Source: an uncultured Ruminococcus sp. (GTDB lineage: Bacteria > Bacillota > Clostridia > Oscillospirales > CAG-272). Taken from it: DNA of 41,248 nucleotides. This document shows, in pieces, positions 25,502-33,620 of this stretch (within the stretch, counting starts at the first letter, position 1; each line of letters starts with the position of its first letter). The stretch is from positions 1 to 41,248 of the forward strand of contig CADBQA010000145.1 of the NCBI GenBank assembly GCA_902796675.1, in the 5' to 3' direction. The notes under the pieces are model-generated. The model ran no database searches. It saw nothing but the letters and a program-made list of their open reading frames with translations, and was not told the DNA's origin. Both the position numbers and the translations under genes were made by a program.

Positions 25502-25757
25502 CAGAGCGAAGACAAACTTGGTAGAGCAGCAATGACAGGCAAAAAGGTGAGGCAAGCATAACATCATAAGATGATAACGCTTCACCGAAAATCAAAGAGG
25601 ATGTGGGCTACGGGATAAACCCGTAGCCCACATCCGTCATTGCTTTTCGGCGCTCTCGCCGCTCGACGTATTCATATACGCCTGTCGCGGCGAGATCACC
25701 AAATCTACCTGCGTTTCTCTCACTCTGACTCAGCCTGAAGACTTTGTCTTCAGCCTG
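25502..25757 (+). repeat. Structured intergenic element, copy A (candidate ncRNA or MITE-like repeat)
   Basis: Colinear with the reverse complement of 33621-33860. Shared blocks are GAGCGAAGAC, GCAATGAC...GTCATTGC (a long-range 8-bp helix), a 24-nt loop TCGACGTATTCATATACGCCTGTC closed by a 9-bp stem, and CTGAAGA-N5-TCTTCAG. The direction of transcription is unresolved. Confidence 0.6.
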
Positions 25758-25782
25758 ACGGCTCTTCAGTTTGAAGAGCCGT
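25758..25782. repeat. Hairpin ACGGCTCTTCA-GTT-TGAAGAGCCGT, copy 2 of the 25-bp direct repeat
   Basis: Identical to 25477-25501, including loop orientation. It overlaps the last codons and the stop (25766-25768) of the helicase gene. Confidence 0.6.
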
Positions 25783-28156
25783 TAATGTTCCAGAACTTTT
25801 TAAGGTTCGCCGAAAGCGATCTCGCGTCGCCGACGACGTGGACGTTTTTCCAATGAGAGGGAAGGAGCTTCATTATAGACGGGTCGCGGTATCTGTCGTC
25901 TATCAGCACGACGACGCCGCGGTCACTCTCGTCTCTTATGACTCTGCCCGCCGCCTGGGAGATCTTTATCAGCGCGGGGTAGAGGTAGGCGAACTCAAAG
26001 CCGCCCTCCCTCGTCCTGTCGTAATACTCTTTCAAAATGTTCAGCTTCGACGAGAGGGAAGGAAGACCGATGCCGACGAGGATCGCGCCGATGAGTCTGT
26101 CGTCGGGCAGGTCGATACCTTCCGAGAATATCCCGCCGAGAACGCAGAAGCCGACGAGGGTGTCGCCCTCGTTTTTCTCGAAGAACGACAGAAATTTACG
26201 CCTTGCGTCGAGCGACATCGACGGTTTCTGAACGAGCGCCGAAAAACCCTTCGGCGCTATTGTTTTGAACGCCGAAAAAACGGTGTCAAGGTATTTGTAA
26301 GACGGAAAATAGACTATATAGTGACCGGGCTTTGCCGACGTCGCGGCGACGATCGCCTCGGCGACTTCATACGCGGTGTCGCCGCGTGAGAGGAACTTCG
26401 TGGAAATGCCGTCCACAACCGTGACGGAAAGGTTTTCGGGTGAGTAGGGCGACTCGAGCTCGAGCGTCGCGGCGCCGCGGCACCCCGTGACGTCAAGAAA
26501 ATAGTCCGTCGGCGAGAGCGTGGCGGAAAAGAGGATCGTCGACACGGCGCCGGAGAATACGGCGTCGAGGATCGCCGAAGGGTCGAGGCAGATAACGGAC
26601 GCCGAAAGGCTGTCGCCGTTCATCTCCGCGAAGAATGTGAAATGCTCGTCGAAGAGCTCCGACGCCGTAATAAAGTCAGACGCGGCGCCGGACGCCTCGT
26701 CGGCGAGCGCCGAGACCGCGGCGTCTTCGTCACGCTTCGCTTTTGAGGCGGCGCGGGAGAAAGCGGCGACGGCTTTCACGAGTTTTTCGGGTACGCGGTC
26801 GTCGACGATATATCCCGTCCTCTCGTTTCCGACGACCTCCGCGTCCTCTGAGCATTTGGCGGCGACGGCGTCGAGAGCCTCCGTCATCTTCCCGCAGGCG
26901 GCGATAAGGTCGGCGTCGGGCGAAGCGGAGTCCTTCGCCGTCCGGGCGAGCTTTGCAACGTCAATATTTGAGACAGTTGCCGAAAAAGTTTCTCTCGTGC
27001 GGTCGGGCAGGTTGTGAGCCTCGTCGACGAGAAACGCGTATTTTATCTCGCCCTCGACGAAGTATCTTCTGAATCTGACCCTCGGGTCCGTCGCGTAGTT
27101 GTAGTCGCAGATGACGACCTGACAGTATTCCGAAAGGTCGAGAGAGAGCTCGTAAGGGCAGACGGAGTACTTTTCGGCGGCTTCATAAATCTCCGCCTTT
27201 CCGTAGATACCTCCGCTCCCGAGGAGCTCTTCAAGGGCGGCGTTTCGCCTTGCGGTGTAGTCGCCGTGCTCGCTCCACGAAAGGCGCGGGCAGTCGGGCG
27301 AACAGCGCTCGACGAAAAATTCGTTCTTTTTGTCGTTGGAGGGGCAGATGCGCTCCTTCGCCGAGATCATCACGGCGCGAATGTCCGGCGCGAAGTTCCT
27401 CATGACTTCGACCGCCTTTGCCGCGGCGCGGCCCGTGACCGTCTTCGCGGTCAGATAAAAGACCTTTTCAATGGCGCCGTCGCCTATCGCCTTGACGGCG
27501 GGAAAGAGCGCGGAGACTGTCTTGCCGATACCGGTCGGCGCCGAGACCAGCAGCCTCGATTTTCTCTTAATCGCCCGGTACGCTTCCTTTATGAAATCCT
27601 CCTGCCCCTCGCGGATCGTCTTGTAGGGGAAGGGCATTTTTTTAATATCACTTTTTCCGCGAATGTCGAAATCCTTTTCTACAATCGCAAAAAACGCGGC
27701 TCTCGAGAGGAGGTCGTCGCACGCCGCTTTAGCTGTTTCGGCGTCGATGAAGATATCGAAATTCTTTTCTCCGTTCTCGCCCGAAACCGTCACTTTCAGC
27801 GTAACGCGCGGAATATCCAACTCTCGGCAGACGAGGTGAGCGACGACGTAGCACCTCGCGAGAAACGCGGGGTCGGAATACGGCGTTACGGAGGACGTCA
27901 CTTTTTTGACGCTTTTCTTCATCCAAACCGCCGTCTCGCCGGAGAAGGTGAATATGCCGTCCGGACGGCCTCTTACGATAAATATTTCGCCGCGGAGAAC
28001 CGTTTCGTATGAAAAGTCGCGCGGCGCCGCCTCGTCTCCGTAAGGGGAAACGGACGGCTTGAACGAAACGGATCCCGCTCTGACGCGGCTTTTCGCGAAT
28101 GACGAGAGCGTCTCGGGCGTGAGTACTATCGCGCCGTCTTCAAGCTTGATTTTCAT
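25766..28156 (-). CDS. XPD/Rad3/DinG-family Fe-S DNA helicase with ~190-aa N-terminal extension
   Basis: Probable start at MKIKLEDG (ATG 28156-28154) after AGGAGG. Walker A SAPTGIGKT and DEAH box LVDEAHNL. Cys residues are placed for a 4Fe-4S cluster (RICPSN, ERCSPDCPR, SVCPYE). The C-terminal helicase domain carries QAAGRVIR. Confidence 0.8.
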   Translation of the reverse strand: MKIKLEDGAIVLTPETLSSFAKSRVRAGSVSFKPSVSPYGDEAAPRDFSYETVLRGEIFIVRGRPDGIFTFSGETAVWMKKSVKKVTSSVTPYSDPAFLARCYVVAHLVCRELDIPRVTLKVTVSGENGEKNFDIFIDAETAKAACDDLLSRAAFFAIVEKDFDIRGKSDIKKMPFPYKTIREGQEDFIKEAYRAIKRKSRLLVSAPTGIGKTVSALFPAVKAIGDGAIEKVFYLTAKTVTGRAAAKAVEVMRNFAPDIRAVMISAKERICPSNDKKNEFFVERCSPDCPRLSWSEHGDYTARRNAALEELLGSGGIYGKAEIYEAAEKYSVCPYELSLDLSEYCQVVICDYNYATDPRVRFRRYFVEGEIKYAFLVDEAHNLPDRTRETFSATVSNIDVAKLARTAKDSASPDADLIAACGKMTEALDAVAAKCSEDAEVVGNERTGYIVDDRVPEKLVKAVAAFSRAASKAKRDEDAAVSALADEASGAASDFITASELFDEHFTFFAEMNGDSLSASVICLDPSAILDAVFSGAVSTILFSATLSPTDYFLDVTGCRGAATLELESPYSPENLSVTVVDGISTKFLSRGDTAYEVAEAIVAATSAKPGHYIVYFPSYKYLDTVFSAFKTIAPKGFSALVQKPSMSLDARRKFLSFFEKNEGDTLVGFCVLGGIFSEGIDLPDDRLIGAILVGIGLPSLSSKLNILKEYYDRTREGGFEFAYLYPALIKISQAAGRVIRDESDRGVVVLIDDRYRDPSIMKLLPSHWKNVHVVGDARSLSANLKKFWNINGSSN

Positions 28157-28277
28157 TTTTCCCCTCCTTTCGACGATTTTTCGGGTTAAACATTGTCTCT
28201 TTGTTGACATAAAATAAAAAACGGTGGTATACTATAATAAATTAAGCGCGAAGTCAGCGCGCACAATCGGAGTAATT

Positions 28278-28910
28278 ATGATTCTTGACAAAAAACAGAC
28301 GTCTGTCGCATACAGATGCCCCTCCTGCGGTCAGACCGTAAAGAGTATGATAGGAGCTTTTTCGCTGAGCGGAGATATGCTGAGGCTGAAATGTCCCTGC
28401 GGCGGGAGCGATATGACGATAGAGCGACGCCGCGACAAAAAGATAAGGCTTACGATACCGTGCTTTCTCTGCCCGCGGCCGCACGTCTACACGGTCTCCG
28501 AGAACATCTTCTACGGACGCGAGGCGTTCGCTTACCCGTGCTCGTACACCGGTGTAGATATAGGCTTTTCGGGGGACGCCGAAAACGTCGAAAAGGCGGT
28601 AGAGGAGTCGGACCTCGCGCTCGAGGATATGCTCGGCGACGCCGAATTTGAAGACGTATCCGTAGCGCAGGGCGAGAAGGTCTTCGACGATCCGCAGATA
28701 CTCGATATAATCCTCTTCGTCGTGGGCGACCTCGCCGAGGAAGGCAAGATACACTGCGGCTGTGAGGGGCGCGGCGACTACGAGGTAGGGGTCGAGGGCG
28801 CGGACGTGACGATAAAGTGCAAGAAGTGCGGCAGATCCGTCGCGATCCCCGCGGGAAGCACTCTCGCGGCGAACGCTTTTCTCCATACCGACGAGATAAC
28901 TCTCTGCTGA
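28278..28910 (+). CDS. Cytoplasmic multi-zinc-ribbon protein, unknown function
   Basis: Probable start at MILDKKQ (ATG 28278) after GGAG. CxxC pairs are present: CPSCG...CPCGG and CGCEG...CKKCG. Confidence 0.6.
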   Translation: MILDKKQTSVAYRCPSCGQTVKSMIGAFSLSGDMLRLKCPCGGSDMTIERRRDKKIRLTIPCFLCPRPHVYTVSENIFYGREAFAYPCSYTGVDIGFSGDAENVEKAVEESDLALEDMLGDAEFEDVSVAQGEKVFDDPQILDIILFVVGDLAEEGKIHCGCEGRGDYEVGVEGADVTIKCKKCGRSVAIPAGSTLAANAFLHTDEITLC

Positions 28911-29011
28911 TTCACCAAAAATCCGGCGCGGCATAATATGATATCAGAGCGTCTCGTTTCGCTCTGAAATCAAATGAAAGGACCGCGTCGGCTCTGCCGA
29001 TGCAAAGTAAA

Positions 29012-29140
29012 ATGAACTGTCTTTGCAACCTTTTTGACAACGAGATAGTCTGGCTCATCATCATCGCCCTTCTCGTTCTGAACGCAACCTGCAACGGCTT
29101 CGGTGGCAACCGCTCCTACGGCTGCGGCTGCAACGGCTAA
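29012..29140 (+). CDS. 42-aa Cys/Gly/Asn-rich single-TM micro-protein (not in the supplied ORF track)
   Basis: Translation is MNCLCNLFDNEIVWLIIIALLVLNATCNGFGGNRSYGCGCNG, with stop TAA at 29138-29140. An in-frame alternative ATG lies at 29000. A strong terminator follows. It resembles the tiny Cys/Gly-rich membrane peptides common in Clostridia. The ribosome-binding site is weak. Confidence 0.45.
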   Translation: MNCLCNLFDNEIVWLIIIALLVLNATCNGFGGNRSYGCGCNG

Positions 29141-29159
29141 TTAATAGCACATAGTCTGC

Positions 29160-29191
29160 GGCGCAAATCGTAAGATTTGCGCCGTTTTTTT
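29160..29191 (+). terminator. Rho-independent terminator after the micro-ORF
   Basis: GGCGCAAATC-GTAA-GATTTGCGCC followed by G and TTTTTTT. The T-tract overlaps the stop codon of the convergent dnaC-like gene. Confidence 0.7.
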
Positions 29192-30149
29192 ATCTGTTTT
29201 GGAGTTTCTTTCTTCTTATATCCTCGCCCTTGAAAACGAGGACGTGAAATTCTCCGAAGAGGCGGCTCGTGATCCTGTCGTAATAGAATCTGCGAAGCTC
29301 CTCCGACGTGAGGTTCGAGTTTATTATGGTCGCCTTGCCCGAATTGAGTCTTGTGTTTATGATATTGTAAACGCAGTTCACGGAGAACTGGTTCTGCATT
29401 TCGCACCCGAGGTCGTCGACGACGAGAAGATCGCAATCGAAGTAGGTGTCGGCAAGCTCGTCGTACGTCATAAGGTCGCGGAAACGCTCCGCCTGAAAGT
29501 CGTCGATTATGCGGTCTATCGTGTTGTAAACGACGCGGTATCCGCGGTCGATGACGGTCTTCGCGACGGCTGTCGAAAGGTGTGTCTTTCCGAGACCGCT
29601 CGCGCCGACGAGGAGAAAACTCTTCTGCTCGCCGCCATCGAAGTTTTCGGCGAAATCCTTAAGGGTCCTGAATGCGTGTGCGACCGTCTCTCTCGCTTCG
29701 CCGGAATAGTAAGAAAGATCGAAGTTATCGAAGCTCTGCGTCTTGGCGAGAGACCCGAGACCGGAGTCCTCGAGAGCCGCCGCGGCGACCTCGCGCCGCA
29801 GGCAGTCGCATACCTTCGTCCCGACGTAGCCGGTGTCGCCGCAGACGGGACATTCATATTTTATATCCGTGTAACCCGCGGGGTATCCCGCCGCCTCGAG
29901 AAGGCGTTCGCGCTCGGCGCGTATGGCGTCCGTTTCCGCCCTCAGCGCCGCCATTTTTTCATCGACGTCGACGCCGGACGAGGCTATGGCGAGGATGTTC
30001 ACGGCGGTCGTGCGGAGCTTTTTGTCGATCTCTTTTATCTCCGGAACGGCGGCGTAGACCTCGAGGCACCTCGCCTCTGCGGCGGCTTCAGCCGCGAGTC
30101 TTTTCTTCGAAAATCTCTCAAGCACCTCGGCTGTTTTTCTGTTTCTCAT
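29190..30149 (-). CDS. DnaC/DnaI-like AAA+ replicative helicase loader
   Basis: Walker A GASGLGKTH and Walker B LLVVDDLG. N-terminal zinc motif CPVCGDTGYVGTKVCDC. GGAGG ribosome-binding site. Confidence 0.8.
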   Translation of the reverse strand: MRNRKTAEVLERFSKKRLAAEAAAEARCLEVYAAVPEIKEIDKKLRTTAVNILAIASSGVDVDEKMAALRAETDAIRAERERLLEAAGYPAGYTDIKYECPVCGDTGYVGTKVCDCLRREVAAAALEDSGLGSLAKTQSFDNFDLSYYSGEARETVAHAFRTLKDFAENFDGGEQKSFLLVGASGLGKTHLSTAVAKTVIDRGYRVVYNTIDRIIDDFQAERFRDLMTYDELADTYFDCDLLVVDDLGCEMQNQFSVNCVYNIINTRLNSGKATIINSNLTSEELRRFYYDRITSRLFGEFHVLVFKGEDIRRKKLQNR

Positions 30150-30161
30150 ACCGTACCTCCG

Positions 30162-31193
30162 TCAATCCTTTCCCTCTGATTTTTCTTTGTCCGGATCGCC
30201 GTAAGAGCGCGCCACTGCGGCGTTGAAAAAGTCGTCCGTGTCAAAACTTCCGCCGTAGTAGGATATATCGCTGCTGTTCGGCTTCTTCGCGTATCCGTTC
30301 TTTTTCTTGTGTTCTTCGCGGTTTTTCGCTATCTTCTCCGGCGTGTCAAGCCCCTCGTTGTACCAGTTCTTGATGACGGAGTGCATATATGCGACGCCGG
30401 GCTTTGAGGCGCCCGCGATCGTTGCGTCGAAAGCGAGGTCGATTATGTTGTCCGGTATCTTCCAGGCGAGCCAGCTGTCGATGCAGTCGCGCTCACTCTG
30501 GGAAAATTCGCGGTTGCCGATACCGAAGAGCTTCTTGATCTTTCCTTCGATGCCCTTCGCCGCCTCGCGCCTCTCGTAGTACGCTTCAAGGTCGGAGTAT
30601 TCGGTGATCCCTTCGTTGAAAAGGCGCACCGCGACGGTTTTGATGTATTGAAGAGAAGTGTGTCCGGACGCGGCGCAGTGGGAACAGAGGAGCATTATGT
30701 AGTCCTCTCCGAGCTGAAGATAATCGTTCAGCACGACGATGTCGCCCGCCTCGGTCGAGTTCAGTATATCGCCGAGAATGTCGCAGCACTCGTCGATGAG
30801 GGATTTCAGTTCCGGGCGGGCGCGAAGCTTCCGCTCGACCTCCTCCTCCGTGTAGCGGGGTAGTCTGTCGGAGAGATAGATCCGTTTCTTTTTCTCGTCG
30901 TCTCCCTGCTCCGGCTCGGGCGTCGCCTCAGACTCCTTTGCGGCGGTCTTCGCGCCGCCTTTGAGCCCCACGACTGATATCGCGCCTTTTTCCTTCCAGA
31001 AAATGAGGGCTTCTTTGACCGCGTCTTTCGTGACGCCGCACCCGGCGGCGATCGCCTCCGCGCTCGCGTTCTGTTCGGCGAGGGAGTAGATCAGCACTTT
31101 TAGCTGTTCCGCGCTCGCTTCTTTCAGATTGAGGATGACCTGCGCGTTCGGCAGAGTTATTATTTTATTCCCGAATTTTGGGGTTATCTTCAT
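30162..31193 (-). CDS. DnaD-domain replication initiation / primosome protein
   Basis: A winged-helix-like N-terminus followed by a DnaD-like region (YIMLLCSHCAASGHTSLQYIKTVAVRLFNEGI, then a second repeat). Lies directly upstream of the DnaC-like loader. Confidence 0.65.
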   Translation of the reverse strand: MKITPKFGNKIITLPNAQVILNLKEASAEQLKVLIYSLAEQNASAEAIAAGCGVTKDAVKEALIFWKEKGAISVVGLKGGAKTAAKESEATPEPEQGDDEKKKRIYLSDRLPRYTEEEVERKLRARPELKSLIDECCDILGDILNSTEAGDIVVLNDYLQLGEDYIMLLCSHCAASGHTSLQYIKTVAVRLFNEGITEYSDLEAYYERREAAKGIEGKIKKLFGIGNREFSQSERDCIDSWLAWKIPDNIIDLAFDATIAGASKPGVAYMHSVIKNWYNEGLDTPEKIAKNREEHKKKNGYAKKPNSSDISYYGGSFDTDDFFNAAVARSYGDPDKEKSEGKD

Positions 31194-31469
31194 TTTTGAC
31201 GGCTCCGTAACTTTATTTTACAGATTTTTGTTAAAAGCGGGTGTCTAAATACCGTAAGACAACCGCAGAAGTTTTCTACAGAATATAGAAAAACATATAG
31301 AAAACTCAGCGTTTTACGGGGTTTCGGGATTTAGGCAAGCCGTTTTGCGTACCGCGAAACGGTTTGTTCATTTCGGCACCCGTATTTATTCATAATTTGT
31401 CTATTTCTTTTTAGGTTTTTGTAAATATTTCTTTTTGCTGCGAAAAATGTTATGTTTCGTCGCGTTTTG

Positions 31470-32573
31470 TCAAACTTTGTATATGCCGTCGGCGCCCTTC
31501 AGCCTCGCCGATCTCTCCACCTCGTCCGAGGCGAAGGCGTTGAGATACGAGTTTGCCCTGACGCCCGAAAGATACTCGTAGTACGCCGCCGCTCCTATCA
31601 TCGCGCCGTTGTCGCCGCAAAGAGATACGGGCGGGATGTAAAGCTTCGCGCCGTGCTCTTTTACGACCTTTTCGACAGCGCGCCGCAGATGGCTGTTCGC
31701 CGCGACGCCGCCTGCGACGACGACGTGACGCGCTCCCGTGCGCTCTACCGCCGACGAGAGCTTTGACGAGACGCCGTCCGCGACAGCTTTTGTGAATCCG
31801 GCGGCGAGCGCGGCTCGAAACTCTTCGGGGAGATCAGCTCCGCTCTGTACGCCAAGGCGCTGTTTTTCGGAGTTTATGAGGTTCAGCGCATAGGTCTTAA
31901 GCCCGCTGAACGAAAAGTCGAGGGTGTCGCCCGAGAGCGCCGGAGACGGAAACTTCATATCGTGCGCCTCGTCGCAGTATTTTTCAAAGCCGACTGCGGC
32001 AAGGCGGTCCATCGCCGCGCCGCCCGGGTAGGGCAGCCCCATTATTCTTCCTATTTTGTCGAAAGCCTCTCCCGCCGCGTCGTCGCGCGTCGAACCGATC
32101 TCATTAAAGACTGTCGGCGACGGAACGTCGTAGAGCGACGTGTGCCCGCCGGAGACGATGAGCGCGAGGAACGGCGCCTCGAGCGTGTCGGACGTGAAAT
32201 AAGCCGCAGCGGCGTGACCCTTGATGTGGTCGACGGGGATGAGCGGAACGTCGAGCGAGAGCGCAAGGGATTTCGCAAAACTGACGCCGACGAGAAGAGA
32301 GCCGATAAGCCCCGGCGCGTAGGTAACGCCGACGGCGTCAATATCGCGTACGCCGACGCCGCATGACGAGAGCGCCTCCGCGACGACCTTCGAGACAGCT
32401 TCTATATGAGCGCGGCTCGCGATCTCCGGGACGACGCCACCGTAGAGCGCGTGCGTCGCGATCTGCGAGTATACCGCGTTTGAGAGAATGCGGCGCACTC
32501 CCTCTCCCATTTCGACGACGGCGCAAGCCGTTTCGTCACATGAACTTTCAATCGCAAGAATTATCATTGTCAT
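31470..32573 (-). CDS. tsaD: tRNA N6-adenosine threonylcarbamoyltransferase
   Basis: ILAIESSCDETACAVV at the N-terminus and HIKGH / SGGHTS metal-binding motifs. The start is ambiguous among GTG 32576, ATG 32573 and ATG 32567, and it overlaps the end of rimI. Confidence 0.9.
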   Translation of the reverse strand: MTMIILAIESSCDETACAVVEMGEGVRRILSNAVYSQIATHALYGGVVPEIASRAHIEAVSKVVAEALSSCGVGVRDIDAVGVTYAPGLIGSLLVGVSFAKSLALSLDVPLIPVDHIKGHAAAAYFTSDTLEAPFLALIVSGGHTSLYDVPSPTVFNEIGSTRDDAAGEAFDKIGRIMGLPYPGGAAMDRLAAVGFEKYCDEAHDMKFPSPALSGDTLDFSFSGLKTYALNLINSEKQRLGVQSGADLPEEFRAALAAGFTKAVADGVSSKLSSAVERTGARHVVVAGGVAANSHLRRAVEKVVKEHGAKLYIPPVSLCGDNGAMIGAAAYYEYLSGVRANSYLNAFASDEVERSARLKGADGIYKV

Positions 32574-33024
32574 CACCGCCCGGGAGAAGTTTTACCATGA
32601 TAACGGCGTCCTCCGTCGGGTATTTGTAGTAGTTTTTTCGCCTTCCGGCGACAGTAAAGCCCGTCTTGACGTAGAGCGACGCGGCGGGCGCGTTCGACTC
32701 GCGGACCTCGAGGTATACCGCCCTCGCGCCGCGCTCGGCGCACATCCTCAGCATATCGGAGAGTATTTTCTCTCCGAGTCCGCGCCGCCTGTATTCCGGT
32801 GAGACGGCGACGTTCAGTATTTCGCCCTCGTCGGCGGCGGTGAGCGACATACCGTATCCCACGACCTTCCCGTTTTCAAGAGCGCAGACGGAGTAAACTT
32901 TGTCCGACGTCACCGCCTGACGGATGCTCTCGCGGCTCCACGGAACGGAAAAGGAAGCCTGCTCGATATCTGACATTTCATCGACGTCGCACGTCCGGGA
33001 CGGGCGAAGCAGAAATTCGCTCAT
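32548..33024 (-). CDS. rimI: Ribosomal-protein-alanine N-acetyltransferase (GNAT)
   Basis: Probable start at MSEFLLRP (ATG 33024-33022). GNAT acetyl-CoA motif RRRGLGEKIL. Shows the canonical rimI-tsaD adjacency. Confidence 0.8.
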   Translation of the reverse strand: MSEFLLRPSRTCDVDEMSDIEQASFSVPWSRESIRQAVTSDKVYSVCALENGKVVGYGMSLTAADEGEILNVAVSPEYRRRGLGEKILSDMLRMCAERGARAVYLEVRESNAPAASLYVKTGFTVAGRRKNYYKYPTEDAVIMVKLLPGGDDNDNSCD

Positions 33025-33028
33025 TTTT

Positions 33029-33517
33029 TTAATATCCGAATTTTCCCGAAAGGCTGTCGTCGTTTTCGATCCAGTCCGCAACGTCGTATTCGGTGAAGCG
33101 TTCTTTATCTTCTCTTACTATGACGCGCTCGATACCGGCGTTTATGACCATTCTCTTGCACATCATGCAGGAGCAGGTGTTGGGCATGACCTCGCCCGTC
33201 TTCGGGTCGGTACAGCACATATAGAGCGTGGAGCCTATCATTCTGTCGCGCTCAGCAGCGATTATCGCGTTTGCCTCGGCGTGGACGCTGCGGCACATCT
33301 CGTACCTCTCGCCCCGGGGTATGCCCATCTTGTCCCTCGCGCAGTACGCAAGGTCGTTGCAGTTCTTTCTGCCGCGGGGGGCGCCGTTGTATCCGGTGGA
33401 GACGATGACGTCGTTCTTCACGATTATCGCGCCGAATCTCCTTCTGAGACAAGTGCTTCTTTCGGAGACAGTCTCGGCAATATCGAGATAGTAATTTATC
33501 TTGCTGACGCGTTCCAT
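33029..33517 (-). CDS. dCMP (deoxycytidylate) deaminase, ComEB-like
   Basis: Start at MERVSKINYY (ATG 33517-33515) after AAGGAG. Zinc-binding motifs VHAEANAI and CSCMMC. Confidence 0.85.
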   Translation of the reverse strand: MERVSKINYYLDIAETVSERSTCLRRRFGAIIVKNDVIVSTGYNGAPRGRKNCNDLAYCARDKMGIPRGERYEMCRSVHAEANAIIAAERDRMIGSTLYMCCTDPKTGEVMPNTCSCMMCKRMVINAGIERVIVREDKERFTEYDVADWIENDDSLSGKFGY

Positions 33518-33591
33518 ATAAAGCTCCTTAATTACATAATTATCTATCCTATTATACGACATTGTTTGTGATAAATCAAGACGTATTATAA

Positions 33592-33620
33592 CGAAAAAAG
33601 CGGCACGCTTTGGCGTGCCG
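33592..33620 (-). terminator. Rho-independent terminator at the 3' side (minus strand) of repeat element copy B
   Basis: On the minus strand: CGGCACGC-CAAA-GCGTGCCG followed by CTTTTTTCG. Confidence 0.7.

Noticed and set aside
25477-25782. The 25-bp direct repeats as attL/attR of an integrated mobile genetic element.
   Set aside because: The enclosed segment is only about 256 nt, with no coding capacity and no integrase nearby. A MITE-like or structured-RNA explanation is kept instead.
28912-29109. 65-aa minus-strand ORF in the supplied track.
   Set aside because: It has no ribosome-binding site or recognisable features. The plus-strand micro-ORF in the same DNA has a membrane-peptide-like sequence and its own terminator, so I prefer that reading, although it is itself only moderately supported.
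27014-30179. Plus-strand ORFs 27014-28012 (332 aa) and 29199-30179 (326 aa).
   Set aside because: They are antisense to the helicase and the DnaC-like loader respectively, both of which carry Walker motifs. Neither ORF has motifs of its own.
29190-31193. The DnaD-domain and DnaC-like genes as a prophage or ICE replication module.
   Set aside because: There are no integrase, structural, lysis or recombinase genes nearby, and the flanks are housekeeping genes (helicase, tsaD, rimI). A chromosomal primosome/loader pair, as in other Clostridia, is the simpler reading.
31194-31469. AT-rich 276-bp intergenic region next to the replication genes, as a possible origin or DnaA-box cluster.
   Set aside because: I found only one degenerate DnaA-box-like 9-mer (TTTTCTACA near 31272) and a short ATATAGAAAA direct repeat, with no exact TTATCCACA boxes. 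The evidence is insufficient, and the region is more likely a promoter or terminator region.
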